From Camelus dromedarius (taxonomy: Eukaryota), in assembly GCF_036321535.1 (NCBI RefSeq), contig NC_087437.1:37388001-37452000 (forward strand): DNA of 64,000 nucleotides, given 5' to 3'. Each line of letters opens with the position of its first letter. Within the stretch, counting starts at the first letter, position 1. The translations under genes were made by a program, and so were the position numbers. The notes below the pieces were generated by a model that made no database searches, was not told where the DNA came from, and saw only the letters and a list, made by a program, of their open reading frames with translations. Below, in pieces: positions 53,956-64,000 of this stretch.

Positions 53956-56900
53956 CTGCAGGTAAATATTTCATCTCTCTAAGTTTTCACTTACATACGG
54001 AAATATTTCTACTACTCACAACTAAATATTCCTCCTAAATATCAGTGATACATTCCAAATAACAAGTAAGTGCTAATCAACAAACAAACATAAATCTCAT
54101 GACATGTTGAAGCTTAGCATGTGGTGAAATGAGATTGACAATAAGTAAAACAAATTAATTATGAATATGCATTTGCAAATTAATGTACTGAAATGGGGTT
54201 AGGCCAATTTAAGATTTTGTTTTAATAAAAGGCTTATCTAACTTGCTAATATTTAAAGTGAGAATTGAATGATGGAAAAGATACACAGTTGGAGAGAGAG
54301 AGCAGGAAGAGGGAACCACAGCAGAAGACAGACCTAGGGTGGAAGTGAGCATCACCCGTCCACACCCCAAAAGCAGGGTGAGCAAGGGGGTTGCCATTTA
54401 GCTGGAGGGTGCTGAGGCAGAGGACCCTGATGTTAGAGGCAGCGGTGAGGAATTTTCGTTTTATTCTAAGAGTAACTGGAAGCCACTAAAGTGTATGAGG
54501 CAGAAATGTGACAATGTCCAGTTCATATTTTGTTTGTGCCAGAAGAGGTCAATCACTTCAAGGAAACTATAGTTGAAAGATTCCTGGACTAGAGGAGGTA
54601 TAAAATAAAACACTCAAAAGCACCTCAGGAAATAAAGAACAAGCATTTAGATCTTTAGAATACACTATGTACAGGGCACCGAACACAGACGGCAACTGTT
54701 CCAGTTAAACATGATTCTTCTCTCGTGCCTGCCTCCCTGCTACCTGCTCCACACTCAAGCAGTCCTACTCAGCCTGGGAGTGGAGGGAAGCGAATGAAAG
54801 AAGGGAAACAGGCCTCAATTGTAGGAGAAGAAAATCTCTGAATTAGATGAGAATTTTTAATTTAAAAAAATATTAGAGTGGACCCAATTTTATGCGTGCC
54901 AGTGGCATAAAGCTATGGGACCTACAAGTGAGTTTACCTTGGGAACTGTGTAACTAGATACCAGAGATACAAGTAATATAGCCTTATGTACACCTATTGG
55001 GCCTTTCTCTGTCAATAAACACTACGCTTGCATGCTGAAAGTGCAGAGGAAGGAATTGGTCATTTCACAAATTGAAATGTAATACTTTTTATATCATTGA
55101 AGCACAAGCTAATTTTCCTTGAACCCTCGGTTGGGTATGTTTGGAGAACGTGAGTGTGCCACATGAACTCCACTAGGATATATGCTTCATGAAGACAGGC
55201 TTTTACATTCTTGCTCACTTGCTGCAACCCCAGTGCTTTGAAGAGAACCTTGAACCTAGTATGTTACTTAATATTAAATCAGCTTGAACAGACTACACAG
55301 GACTGGCTTATTTCCATTATCCTCGGAAATTTTCCAAATAAAATCTTCTTACTGTGTAGTTGAATATGATGATTAAACATGGAGCTAAAATCCTCTAGAG
55401 AAGATATCTATACAGTTCTCCTTCTAAAATATTTTAAGGCAACACGACTGTTACAGAAGAAAAAGCAAAACTCCTTTACCAGGAATTTATTCAGAAGTCC
55501 TCTAGGAAAAGTACTATTTATAAGTCTATAGAGTGTGTAAACCTACAATAGCCACTGTGCTATTTTTAATGATCTAAGAATTCAATTATCTAATGGTAGT
55601 GCTAAGACTGTCTTTAACTCATTTGTCAGGAATTCATTCTGGCCCCTTGAGGAAAAGTACTTTGTATATATAACATTATGGAACATGTAAACCTGTACAA
55701 GTTAGTCATACCCACAGGAGTCCTAGGATTTAACAGTAAAATTGGAAAGTTGAGAGCATCTCTGGCAAATTGGCAAGATAAGTCCATTTGATTGAGGGTC
55801 CTAGGTGAGCATTAGTATTTAAGGCAGAGATATCCAAGCAGACATGCTACAAGGGTGCAATTTGGTGACTGTTACTCAAAACTGTGTCACAGCCCAGGCC
55901 CAGATTTGAGGAGAGCAGAACTAGATAAGCAAAATGGAAAAAAGCTTTTCACTAAATCTCTGTAAGTCATCGGTGCTGTAAGAACATTCCTTTGATGCTC
56001 AAGTGGATGAAAAAAGTTCTTAAGGGAGAAAATTCTTCCCTTTAACTTCTGCACCAAATAGAACATGGCTTTTATACAAAAGTGCTGCTTCAACTGACAC
56101 CAAAGTCCAGAACACTGGCAGCAGCAGCAGGGCTCAGTGCTGCTTGGCAAACACAGAAAGATTCAGCAGTCCAGAGGAGGCAAAGGGATGACTAGAGAAA
56201 AAGTTATATAACCCAGGAAACCACAGTATCTGTGTCTGGTGGGACTGTTGTACCCCAAAATGGATACCACTCTTGACACTTATGGAATGTTTGATGGAAG
56301 AAGCCAAAGGGGGAGATTTGACGGAAAGGGAAAAGTGGGTGAAGGCAGCTGATAACTGATGAGTAGGTGCGTAAGAAATGCCAAATATATTTATACGGGG
56401 ACTTCACCTGGACTGCTCTGGTGGGTGGCTAAAAGAATCATTGAAACACAAGTTTCAGCTAAGCTGAGAGGTATGTCACTTGGAAAATACAACTTGTTCA
56501 TTCTTTATATTTTCTTTCTTCTTGATGTACTTATCTCAGTGAATGACACCATTGGCCACTGTATCACCCAAGTCAGAAAGATGGTAATCAGGTTAAGTTA
56601 AGCTCTTCTCCTCACAACACACACGATGCTGGCACCAAATACTGTAGATTCTACCCATTAAAATGTCTTGGCAAACACTCTCATCTAAGCCTTTGTTATT
56701 TCTCATGTGAATTGCAATAGAATTCTGAGTAGCGCCAATATTTGACACTAGCATGTTCCAATGAGATCACTATAAAATCTAATTTTCATAATTTTGGTCT
56801 CCTCCTTAAACCTTTAAGATCTTTCCAATAATTTTAACATAAATGCCAATTTGCAACATATTATCAAAATTCTTTCAAGAACTAGAATCTGCCTATTACT

Positions 56901-58417
56901 TTTTTCTAGAACATCTCAGTATGCATCATTTCCTGAATATGCTTTACTGCTTTTTGTTTAATAATTTATACAAACTGTTCATTTATTTTCAGTTATGGAG
57001 CATACCCATGCCCACTGAACCATCAAATGGTTCACTCATATTCATCTTCCAACTTTTATCTTAAATATCTCCACCTCTAGGAAGGTACCATTTTTTTTAT
57101 GCCATCCATATATTAGCAGGGCACTTTCAATTACCAGTAGAAACATGAACTAGTTTTAAGAAACAGACTGAGGATGGAGCCAGAGGCTCAGATTTTAAGA
57201 AACTTGTCTCTCTCCCTTTTTTTTTTTTTTTTTTTTTGGTACAGTTTCATTCATCTTTCTGCTTGGTTTCATTCATGAATTAATTTAGGGGCTTAAAAAG
57301 GTCATCAGAAAGCTGTTCTTCTGGACCTCTTGTCCTTCCTGGTTTCTGTTCAGTTTCACTCAGTTCCTGAATATGGACAATATGACTGTTGACAAACCCA
57401 CATTCATACCACTCCAGTTTAGTAATGTCAGTTCTTTCTTTCCAAATATTTGTGTCTCAATCCCAATATCAGAGAAGACTTAGATAGACCTGACAATCCC
57501 AGATACAAACACAATATCCCTGGAGTTGAGAAATACTTCTCGGCACTCTTGGGTCACATGCTCACTCAAAGGAGGTAGAGGGATATAGCAATTAACAATC
57601 TCACAAGAACCACAGGGAGTGAAGATGGAGGTATCCAAATAAACCAAAAGATTAAACAGATGGACACACCCACAAACGTACACACAAAGTTACCCATTGT
57701 TTAATAACCCCTTCTTCCTCAAAACCAAGGCTAGTTATAACTCCTCTTTGCTCTTATGGTAACCTACATATACCTTTACCATGGTACTATTGTACTATGC
57801 TTTTAAATTTCTTAGACTCTTTGATGGATAGTAAGGTCCTCAATGGTAGAACTTTTTAAAAATTTCTGTATCAATACTTTGTATGGACTGGCAACAAACA
57901 GGCATTGCACAAATGTTTGACAAATAAATAAGTGCCAAAATCATAGCAGCTGCACCATGTTTTTCTCTAAAACTGCACTTAATTAAGATCTGACTTTCCA
58001 TTTTCCTTTTGGTCTTTTATTGAATAATGGAAAGGACTAATTTTGTGCTTGTTGAAATCCTTTATTGTATGAATCATATATTTTGTTTAACATAATCAGT
58101 TTCATCATATTTAACAAAGACTTTTCCAGAGACAACCCCCCTACAGACCCTAATATTAAAAATGTTTTTATCAATCTCAGGACATCAGGTTTGGAAAATT
58201 TGAGTATTCTCATTTAGTTTACATGACGCATTATATATTAGAGATAGCTTTTTTGTTTCTTTGTCAATATCTATGTTGAATAACTTTAAAAAAGAACATT
58301 AGTCTAGCCAAATCCACATCAATTTTTCTGACTATGTGGCAGAGGAAAATGCTTGTGCATTAACAATTATTAGGAGCACTTTTAAATCATTATTCATTTA
58401 TGGAATTGCATTAATTT

Positions 58418-58536
58418 CTGAATAATGTGGCATCATAGATGGATGATTCGAGGCAAAGCAGAGTCTCTTAGAGTCTTTTAGTTCCTCATTATATCAATCT
58501 ATCATTCACTGTTGCCACCCACTGACACTTCTCAAT
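58418..58536 (-). pseudogene. Exon remnant, C-terminal helix of Ulp1-like domain
   Basis: cttttctttag acceptor; joins the previous exon in frame (AA|A). Reads KLRSVSGWQQ*MID*YNEELKDSKRLCFASNHP, resembling the SENP 'FRKRMVWEI' helix. Donor degenerate, so the end is approximate. Confidence 0.5.
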
Positions 58537-59622
58537 CTAAAGAAAAGTCGTTATCAGTCAGATAACTGGATGAGACTTAGAAAACAAACAAAACAATAAA
58601 TTTAGTTAAAGTATTGCATTCTCAGAAGACCAAAAAGAATTTATAGCTATTTTGAGGCTATAATCTGTGGAAATTCCAAATTAATTTTTAATCTCTCATT
58701 CAGAATAAATTGTTTTTTTTCTTTTTTTTTCTTCATTCATCAGGGATTAAATTCTGTTTTTTTAATGTCTCATTTGTTTTAACACAAACAAGCTTAACAT
58801 CAACAAAATTTTTTTTCTCTAAGTATCAGGTTTGTTATCTAGTAAATAAAAATGCTAAAAATTTTTAATATATTTGCTGCCTGGATTGTAATCACTAATT
58901 CATCCATTTATGTAATGTACATTTACTAGGTACAAATGAGAACTAAACAGTTCTCTGGGATGTTGGGCTATATATTTGGTAAGAAATTTAGTATCTATGG
59001 AGTATATGTAACATTTGCATGCATTATTATTCATCCAACTTTTTCATTACTATAATAAAATCATATGTATTCATTAATATATTTAAGAGGCAGTACAATG
59101 TAATGGATGTTTGAGAGCACAACCAAAGCATTTACAGTCAAAATCCAAAGTTCTTTTACTGTTATGTATGTGCAAGGTACTGAAACATTCTGTGCCTCAG
59201 TCTGTTCATCTATCCAATTGGAACTGTAATATGATACTGAACTCTAGGATTGTTGTGAAAATTAAGTTTTAACTAATACTGGTATTTTTTATCAGTGGAC
59301 ATGATGAAAACAGATGAAGTAGACATTCTTTTCTGGCACCAAAAGAAGAAAATGTGGGACATTCTTTGCTTCTAAACACTTTTACATTTGCAGTCTAATA
59401 CGTGATGCAATTAACTCAATGAATATGAAATTATTTTACAAAGTAGACGGTTGTCACGGTCTCATTCTAATAATTAGCTAAGAAACAAATTAAGAGATTT
59501 TGAAACTAAAAATCTGTCACATTTTGTTTTAAAATCATCCAGTCAAAATGAAAAATTAAAAACTGAAATTAAAATATTTCTAACAACTTAAAGATTTCAT
59601 GATCAAAGTGCATGACACTTAC

Positions 59623-59782
59623 TTAAACTGTATTCATTTTTCTTTACTGTATTTACAGATTTAAATCTTCCCAGAAGAGTCACTGACATAGACTCCACTG
59701 GAATATGAATCTCCTTGGGAATGACGGTTTGGGATTTAGATGATATTAAGTGATGTCATTAACTACCCAGTGTTCGTTGACT
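59623..59782 (-). pseudogene. Exon remnant with Ulp1/SENP catalytic-Cys motif
   Basis: ttttcctgtag acceptor, TAA|gtaagt donor. Translates VNEHWVVNDIT* and then, after a frameshift, IPNRHSQGDSYSSGVYV..., matching the Q-x-D/N-x-x-x-C-G-V-Y/F-V spacing. AGT (Ser) at the Cys position is one base from TGT. Confidence 0.7.
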
Positions 59783-61957
59783 CTACAGGAAAATAAGACT
59801 AAGAAAAGAAGAAGGCAAGCCATCTGAAGAATTATAGATTTAGGCAGGAGTACGGAGAGAACTGTTTTTTTCTAGTCTGGGGAAGTCTAGGTATTACAAA
59901 AACTGTGAGTAGATTATATATGTGAGCTAATTAGTATAGAAAGTGACTCAAAATAAACATACAGATGGCTTTGACTTCAGGGTTCCATATTGAGTGGCAA
60001 AGAAACTGTTATTGGAGGCTGGAAGGGCAGTGATTTATATTGTTTGGTGGAATTTTGCAGCTGTTACAGAAGTTAGCCTTCTATGACTAACAGAATATGC
60101 TAGGAACTGTTCTTAAAGTATTTTATCTTTTATCACAAATATTGGCAATCAAATGAAGTGCAGGCCCATTTTCAGATAAAGAAATTGAAGAAAAACAAGT
60201 TAAATTGTCCGAAGTGCCAGAGATGATGAATATCGAAATTGGAACTTGAACCCAAGGAGTCTGTTTCCAGATCCAACATTCTTAAACGTTGTGTCATCTC
60301 TGGAGGCATCTTCAAAAGGCCTACTCTATCACGACTGGCAGGGGAATTTCTGTGTAGGACATTTTTCTGCCTTTTAATTCCTTTTTAGTCCCTCAATCAC
60401 TTAAACCACATGGTCTCCTTTGCTGTGAGCCTCATCATTTTCTTCTAGATCACAGTCATTTTGTTCTGTCAGGTTCTAATGTTAGATTAAGTTGGGGAAA
60501 GTTAGGGAGAGTTTGAAATTCTTTAGATGCAAAAAGGCCATTTTAATATCACATTTCATTTCCAGGTCAAGAATTTATAACACTTATTTGGCAGTGTCAT
60601 AAATGCCCTCATCTTCTAATGTCTTCTACAGGCAGTGATGCTCAGAACCTCTAACTTATCTGCTTGGAGTCATTTTACCAACAGCCTTTTTCTGTCTCAG
60701 CTTTGCTCTGGGCTTGGCTTCCAGCAAGATAAATTGAGCAGAGAAGAAGGAAAAAAATCCAGGCAAAACACTTAAGCAAATCAAAATCTTGCCAAAAACC
60801 AAATAGTCCTTTCTCAATTTTCCTGACACAATTTTAAGCCCTATTTTTTATTCTTGTTTATTTAGATTCTTAATTTTAGAAACACCATCATTCAGAAATA
60901 TCCAGTTATGTCACTCAGTTAAGTATTTATCATTTTACTTATTCACAAGTATAGTAATGAGCTCTGCCTTGTGAAAAACAAGTAGCCAGGTGATCTGGAA
61001 GACAAAAAGATGGATATATATCATCATCTCATTCTCAGGGATGTGACGGGGAAATAGTACAGGTACATCAAAAATTATAGCATAAGACTGTGTGAAATTA
61101 TCCTAAAGAAAGAAAGAATATTTTGGTGTCTTATAGACCCAATCTCAACAAACATATGCAAATAATATTCATGCAATTAATACCAGTTTCCAAAATTTTT
61201 TTCTCTGTATCTTTCTATATGTAAAGGTGAGAGCTACCATAATCCCTTGCCCTCATTAAAGGACTGTATACAAACATGCTTAATCCACATTTCACTTGAG
61301 AATCCTTCCCACACTACCATTCCTGACCAAAATATAGTCAGTTGTCTATGTCTTGCTAATTATTACTCTAACCCTCACTCATAATAATTGGGTCATTGAT
61401 GGACACTTGAAACAAAATTGACCAATCAGTGTTTCTTGAAACTTGTCAAATTATTATTTTTTAGGAAAGGAGCTGTAAAGGCAATAAAGGCATATAATTA
61501 TCAATAGTAGTCTTGCTGGTCACCATGGAGACTGGTTTCTTGAAAACATTATTAACATGAAGAATCTAGAAATGTAGATTGATGCCTTTGGATCAAGATA
61601 CATCTGAAACTGGCTGCACCTCCTTAGAATTCTAGGAGATTAGTATCTACTTGGTAATATTTACTGGCTCAACACTGATATCCATAGCTTGATAGTGAAG
61701 AAGAGGTCAAGTCCCCAAACATGATACTGGGAGAATGTAATCTTAGACCTCAATGGTAGAGATTTTCTCTCTTCCTAGGAACTTCCAATTTTACTTTTCT
61801 CTCTCCCTTTCAAACTTTATTAGGATAGCTTATTCCCAAAAGTTCTAATTCAAAACTACATATAAGAGGTGTATTTCTAAAGTAGTAACAGCAGTGAAGC
61901 TAGAGAACTACTGATCCTTTGAATGTGAATCTTGCAGGCATGGAGAACTCTACCTAC

Positions 61958-62022
61958 ATTTTGAAATCATTAGACAAGACACCTCCTGCGTTTAAATTGA
62001 AAAGCCAGACATTTTCCTTGGG
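61958..62022 (-). pseudogene. Possible exon remnant (PKENVWLFNLNAGGVLSNDFK)
   Basis: cattag acceptor, gtaggt donor, 65 nt, phase 0 to phase 2, which would bridge the flanking exons. W sits where the Ulp1 HW motif is expected, but His is absent. Confidence 0.2.
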
Positions 62023-63035
62023 CTAATGACAAAATAATAAAAAAAAGCCTTTTGCTTTACTTTTTTGCTTCTATTTTTGCTTTTCTTTTGTTTTTGCTTT
62101 TTGCTTTTAACCCCAGGCTAAGTCTCATTCACTTACCCTGTGCTTTAGGCTATAAACTAGAACCCATCTCATGCATTTTTTTTTCTTGAAAATCAAACAT
62201 TTTCAAAAATAACTTGAAAATGGGGCAATGCAGGAAGCTGAAAGAATTTTTTTCAAGTGGCTTTTGCTTTTGAGATAAAGAAGACATATATATTAGACTA
62301 GTAAGCATTATAAATTATTATTAATAGCATAGACTTTACCAGTCAGGGGACAACTGCCCACTCCAAGTCATTGGCAGGGTGGCAACTCATCCTTCACACT
62401 AGGAACTGTCCTTATCAATTTTATTATTGGAAAGAAAAGGGTTTGAGATCACAGTAAGCTAATAATGGGGCATCACAGTGCAGGTGCCAGTAGAGTTCCC
62501 CTTGCCCACAGCTGGCTACCTGCACAGAAGTAGGCACTGCAGGAGTTATGGCACAAGAGGACAGTTGTTTTTTTTGTTTGTTTTGCTTTGTTTTTTATTC
62601 CTCCTCAGGCCAGCCTCACTCAGAATGCTACAATGTCCTCTGCATACTTCCTCCCAGTGTTGCATGACCTACACATCTTGCCATTGCATGAAGACCTGTT
62701 TGGATTGGTGCAGTAGGCCCAAAGAAAGATTGAATGACATGGGCATTCTGGAAGTTGACTTGCATGTCTCTGTGCCTGCTAGTTCTTCAGGGACCTCCTT
62801 ATTTTCCAGCTTATTTGTCTCTTGTCCTCACCTACTTTCTATCACACTTCTCAGTCTTTATGTATCATCTTATATTTTTGCTTACATGAAATATTTAACC
62901 TTTCCAATTAAAATGCTAGTTTTGAATGTATAAGTCATGTCTGACTTTTCTAATGTCTGCCTTGTATACATCTAATGTCTACCTATGAGTTTTTAACTTA
63001 AAGCCGAAGACAAACTTTACACTAAGAATGCTATT

Positions 63036-63350
63036 CTGAACTTAAATATAAAGCAGAAACAGATTCATAGACACAGAATACAAACTTGTGATTGCCAGGG
63101 AGGAGAGGAGTGGGAAGGGACAGACTGGGAGTTCGAAATTTGTAGATACTGACAGGTATATATAGAATAGATAAACTAGTTTATACTGTATAGCACAGAT
63201 AAACATATACAAGATCTTGTAGTAGCTCATGGTGAAAAAGAATATGAAAATGAATATACGTATATTCATGTGTGACTGAAAAATTGTGCTGTACACCAGA
63301 AATTGACACAACATTGTAAACTGATTATAACTTAATAAAATTAAAAAAAA
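63036..63350 (+). mobile_element. 5'-truncated young L1 3' end
   Basis: Poly-A tail; TSD aagaatgctatt (63024-63035) / aagaatactatt (63351-63362). Confidence 0.9.
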
Positions 63351-63448
63351 AAGAATACTATTAACTTGAAGTTGATTCATGTGAGATCAGGAAGGAGTAA
63401 TGGGTATTTACATTACTAACATCACATTACTTACAGCTGGGTACTTAC

Positions 63449-63630
63449 ATTTGGAAGGTAAAGTTTAGTTGCATTTTACCACTCTTTCAGTTCATTTAAT
63501 TTCCATTCTTAAGACAACTATGTATTATTTTTTTACCATAAAAAGCCACAATTTTGAAATGAATATTTTTAAAACAAGTTAAAAAAACGGATTGCACAAG
63601 TCAAAATTTAAAATGTTTCCAAAATTGCAA
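63449..63630 (-). pseudogene. Exon remnant, N-terminal half of Ulp1/C48 protease-like domain
   Basis: Acceptor ttctag, donor AAT|gtaagt. One frame reads AILETF*ILTCAIRFFNLF*KYSFQNCGFLW*KNNT*LS*EWKLNELKEW*NATKLYLPN, which roughly parallels the SENP1 segment EIINFY...FNTFF...RW...LLVP in length. Many stops. A shorter acceptor at 63507 is possible. Confidence 0.45.
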
Positions 63631-64000
63631 CTAGAAATTTTCTTTTTAAAAGTGATGATGATCTTTTTAATTTTATAAAAGGAAAAGGAAGATAAAAATT
63701 ACTAACAAAATAATGTATTAACAAAGTCAATCCTTATGTTTAGCATCAATAACTATAATAAAATAAGATCCGATAAAGGGGATAATTGGGACTAAAGGGG
63801 GATCATCTATATTTTCTAGCACTGCTCTCATTTCCTTCTGCAGTCTTTTGTAATCAGCTTGACATATTTCAGAAAAGGAAGTGCATAGCTACCTCCTTTT
63901 CTTTCTATCAGCACTTTCCTCCTACCTAGTTCCACCAGTCTGACTAGACATTAGGATTATTGTTATCTCTGCCACAATTAGCAGAGTGTTATTTAAACTT

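Larger units (their letters stand above)
6056..63630 (-). pseudogene. Multi-exon decayed gene: Ulp1/SENP-like protease + PHD-like finger + WRKY-type zinc ribbon + MULE DDE transposase + SWIM finger (candidate domesticated Mutator-like gene remnant); 5' end probably beyond the window
   Basis: About 15-20 AG/GT-bounded segments, all on the minus strand. Their translations give family motifs in the expected internal order. In-frame junctions at 59623->58536 and 19220->17942->16899. Numerous premature stops and frameshifts. Confidence 0.7.

Noticed and set aside
53995..54034. Small exon-like segment with a gtaagt donor
   Set aside because: It would leave an intron of only about 40 nt before the next candidate, and it has no motif.
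61560..61620. Minus-strand MYLDP as the Ulp1 catalytic-Asp motif
   Set aside because: The context resembles an old MLT1-type LTR relic and I found no convincing donor site.
62478..62933. Longest ORF in the track (151 aa)
   Set aside because: GTG start, low-complexity T-rich content, no recognisable motif or exon context.
6056..63630. Intact coding gene or active transposon
   Set aside because: In-frame stops, frameshifts, altered catalytic positions, no terminal inverted repeats, and ancient repeats in the introns.
1..64000. CRISPR arrays, tRNA/rRNA genes, CpG-island promoter
   Set aside because: No repeat-spacer periodicity or RNA-gene signature seen; CpG is depleted throughout.

Overview
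AT-rich mammalian intronic/intergenic DNA. The young L1 3' ends look cetartiodactyl, possibly camelid; I saw no Alu, BovB/Bov-tA, PRE1 or carnivore SINEs. The window is dense in L1, L2, MIR, MLT1/MLT2 and ERV1-type LTR relics, and no intact protein-coding gene is supported. The main signal is a long, multi-exon, decayed gene on the minus strand (about 63.6 kb down to 6.1 kb), found by reading AG/GT-bounded segments and translating them by hand. In order, its exons give: a Ulp1/SENP (peptidase C48) SUMO-protease-like domain (QGDSYS[S]GVYV), a PHD-like WFHxxC motif, a WRKY/FAR1-type zinc-ribbon motif (TKVKCPLIIRI), a Mutator-like (MULE) DDE transposase core (LVLQ...HGDASY...PILFIF...SAE...CLF...YLKKLH) and a C-terminal SWIM-like finger (ICLVQLCRGTCKHI). 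Several exon junctions keep frame, but stops and frameshifts mark it as a pseudogene. L2/MIR/MLT insertions in its introns imply long residence at this locus. I interpret it as a candidate unitary pseudogene of an anciently domesticated Mutator-like transposase gene, and I cannot assign it a symbol. All domain and repeat-family calls are by eye; no database search was run.
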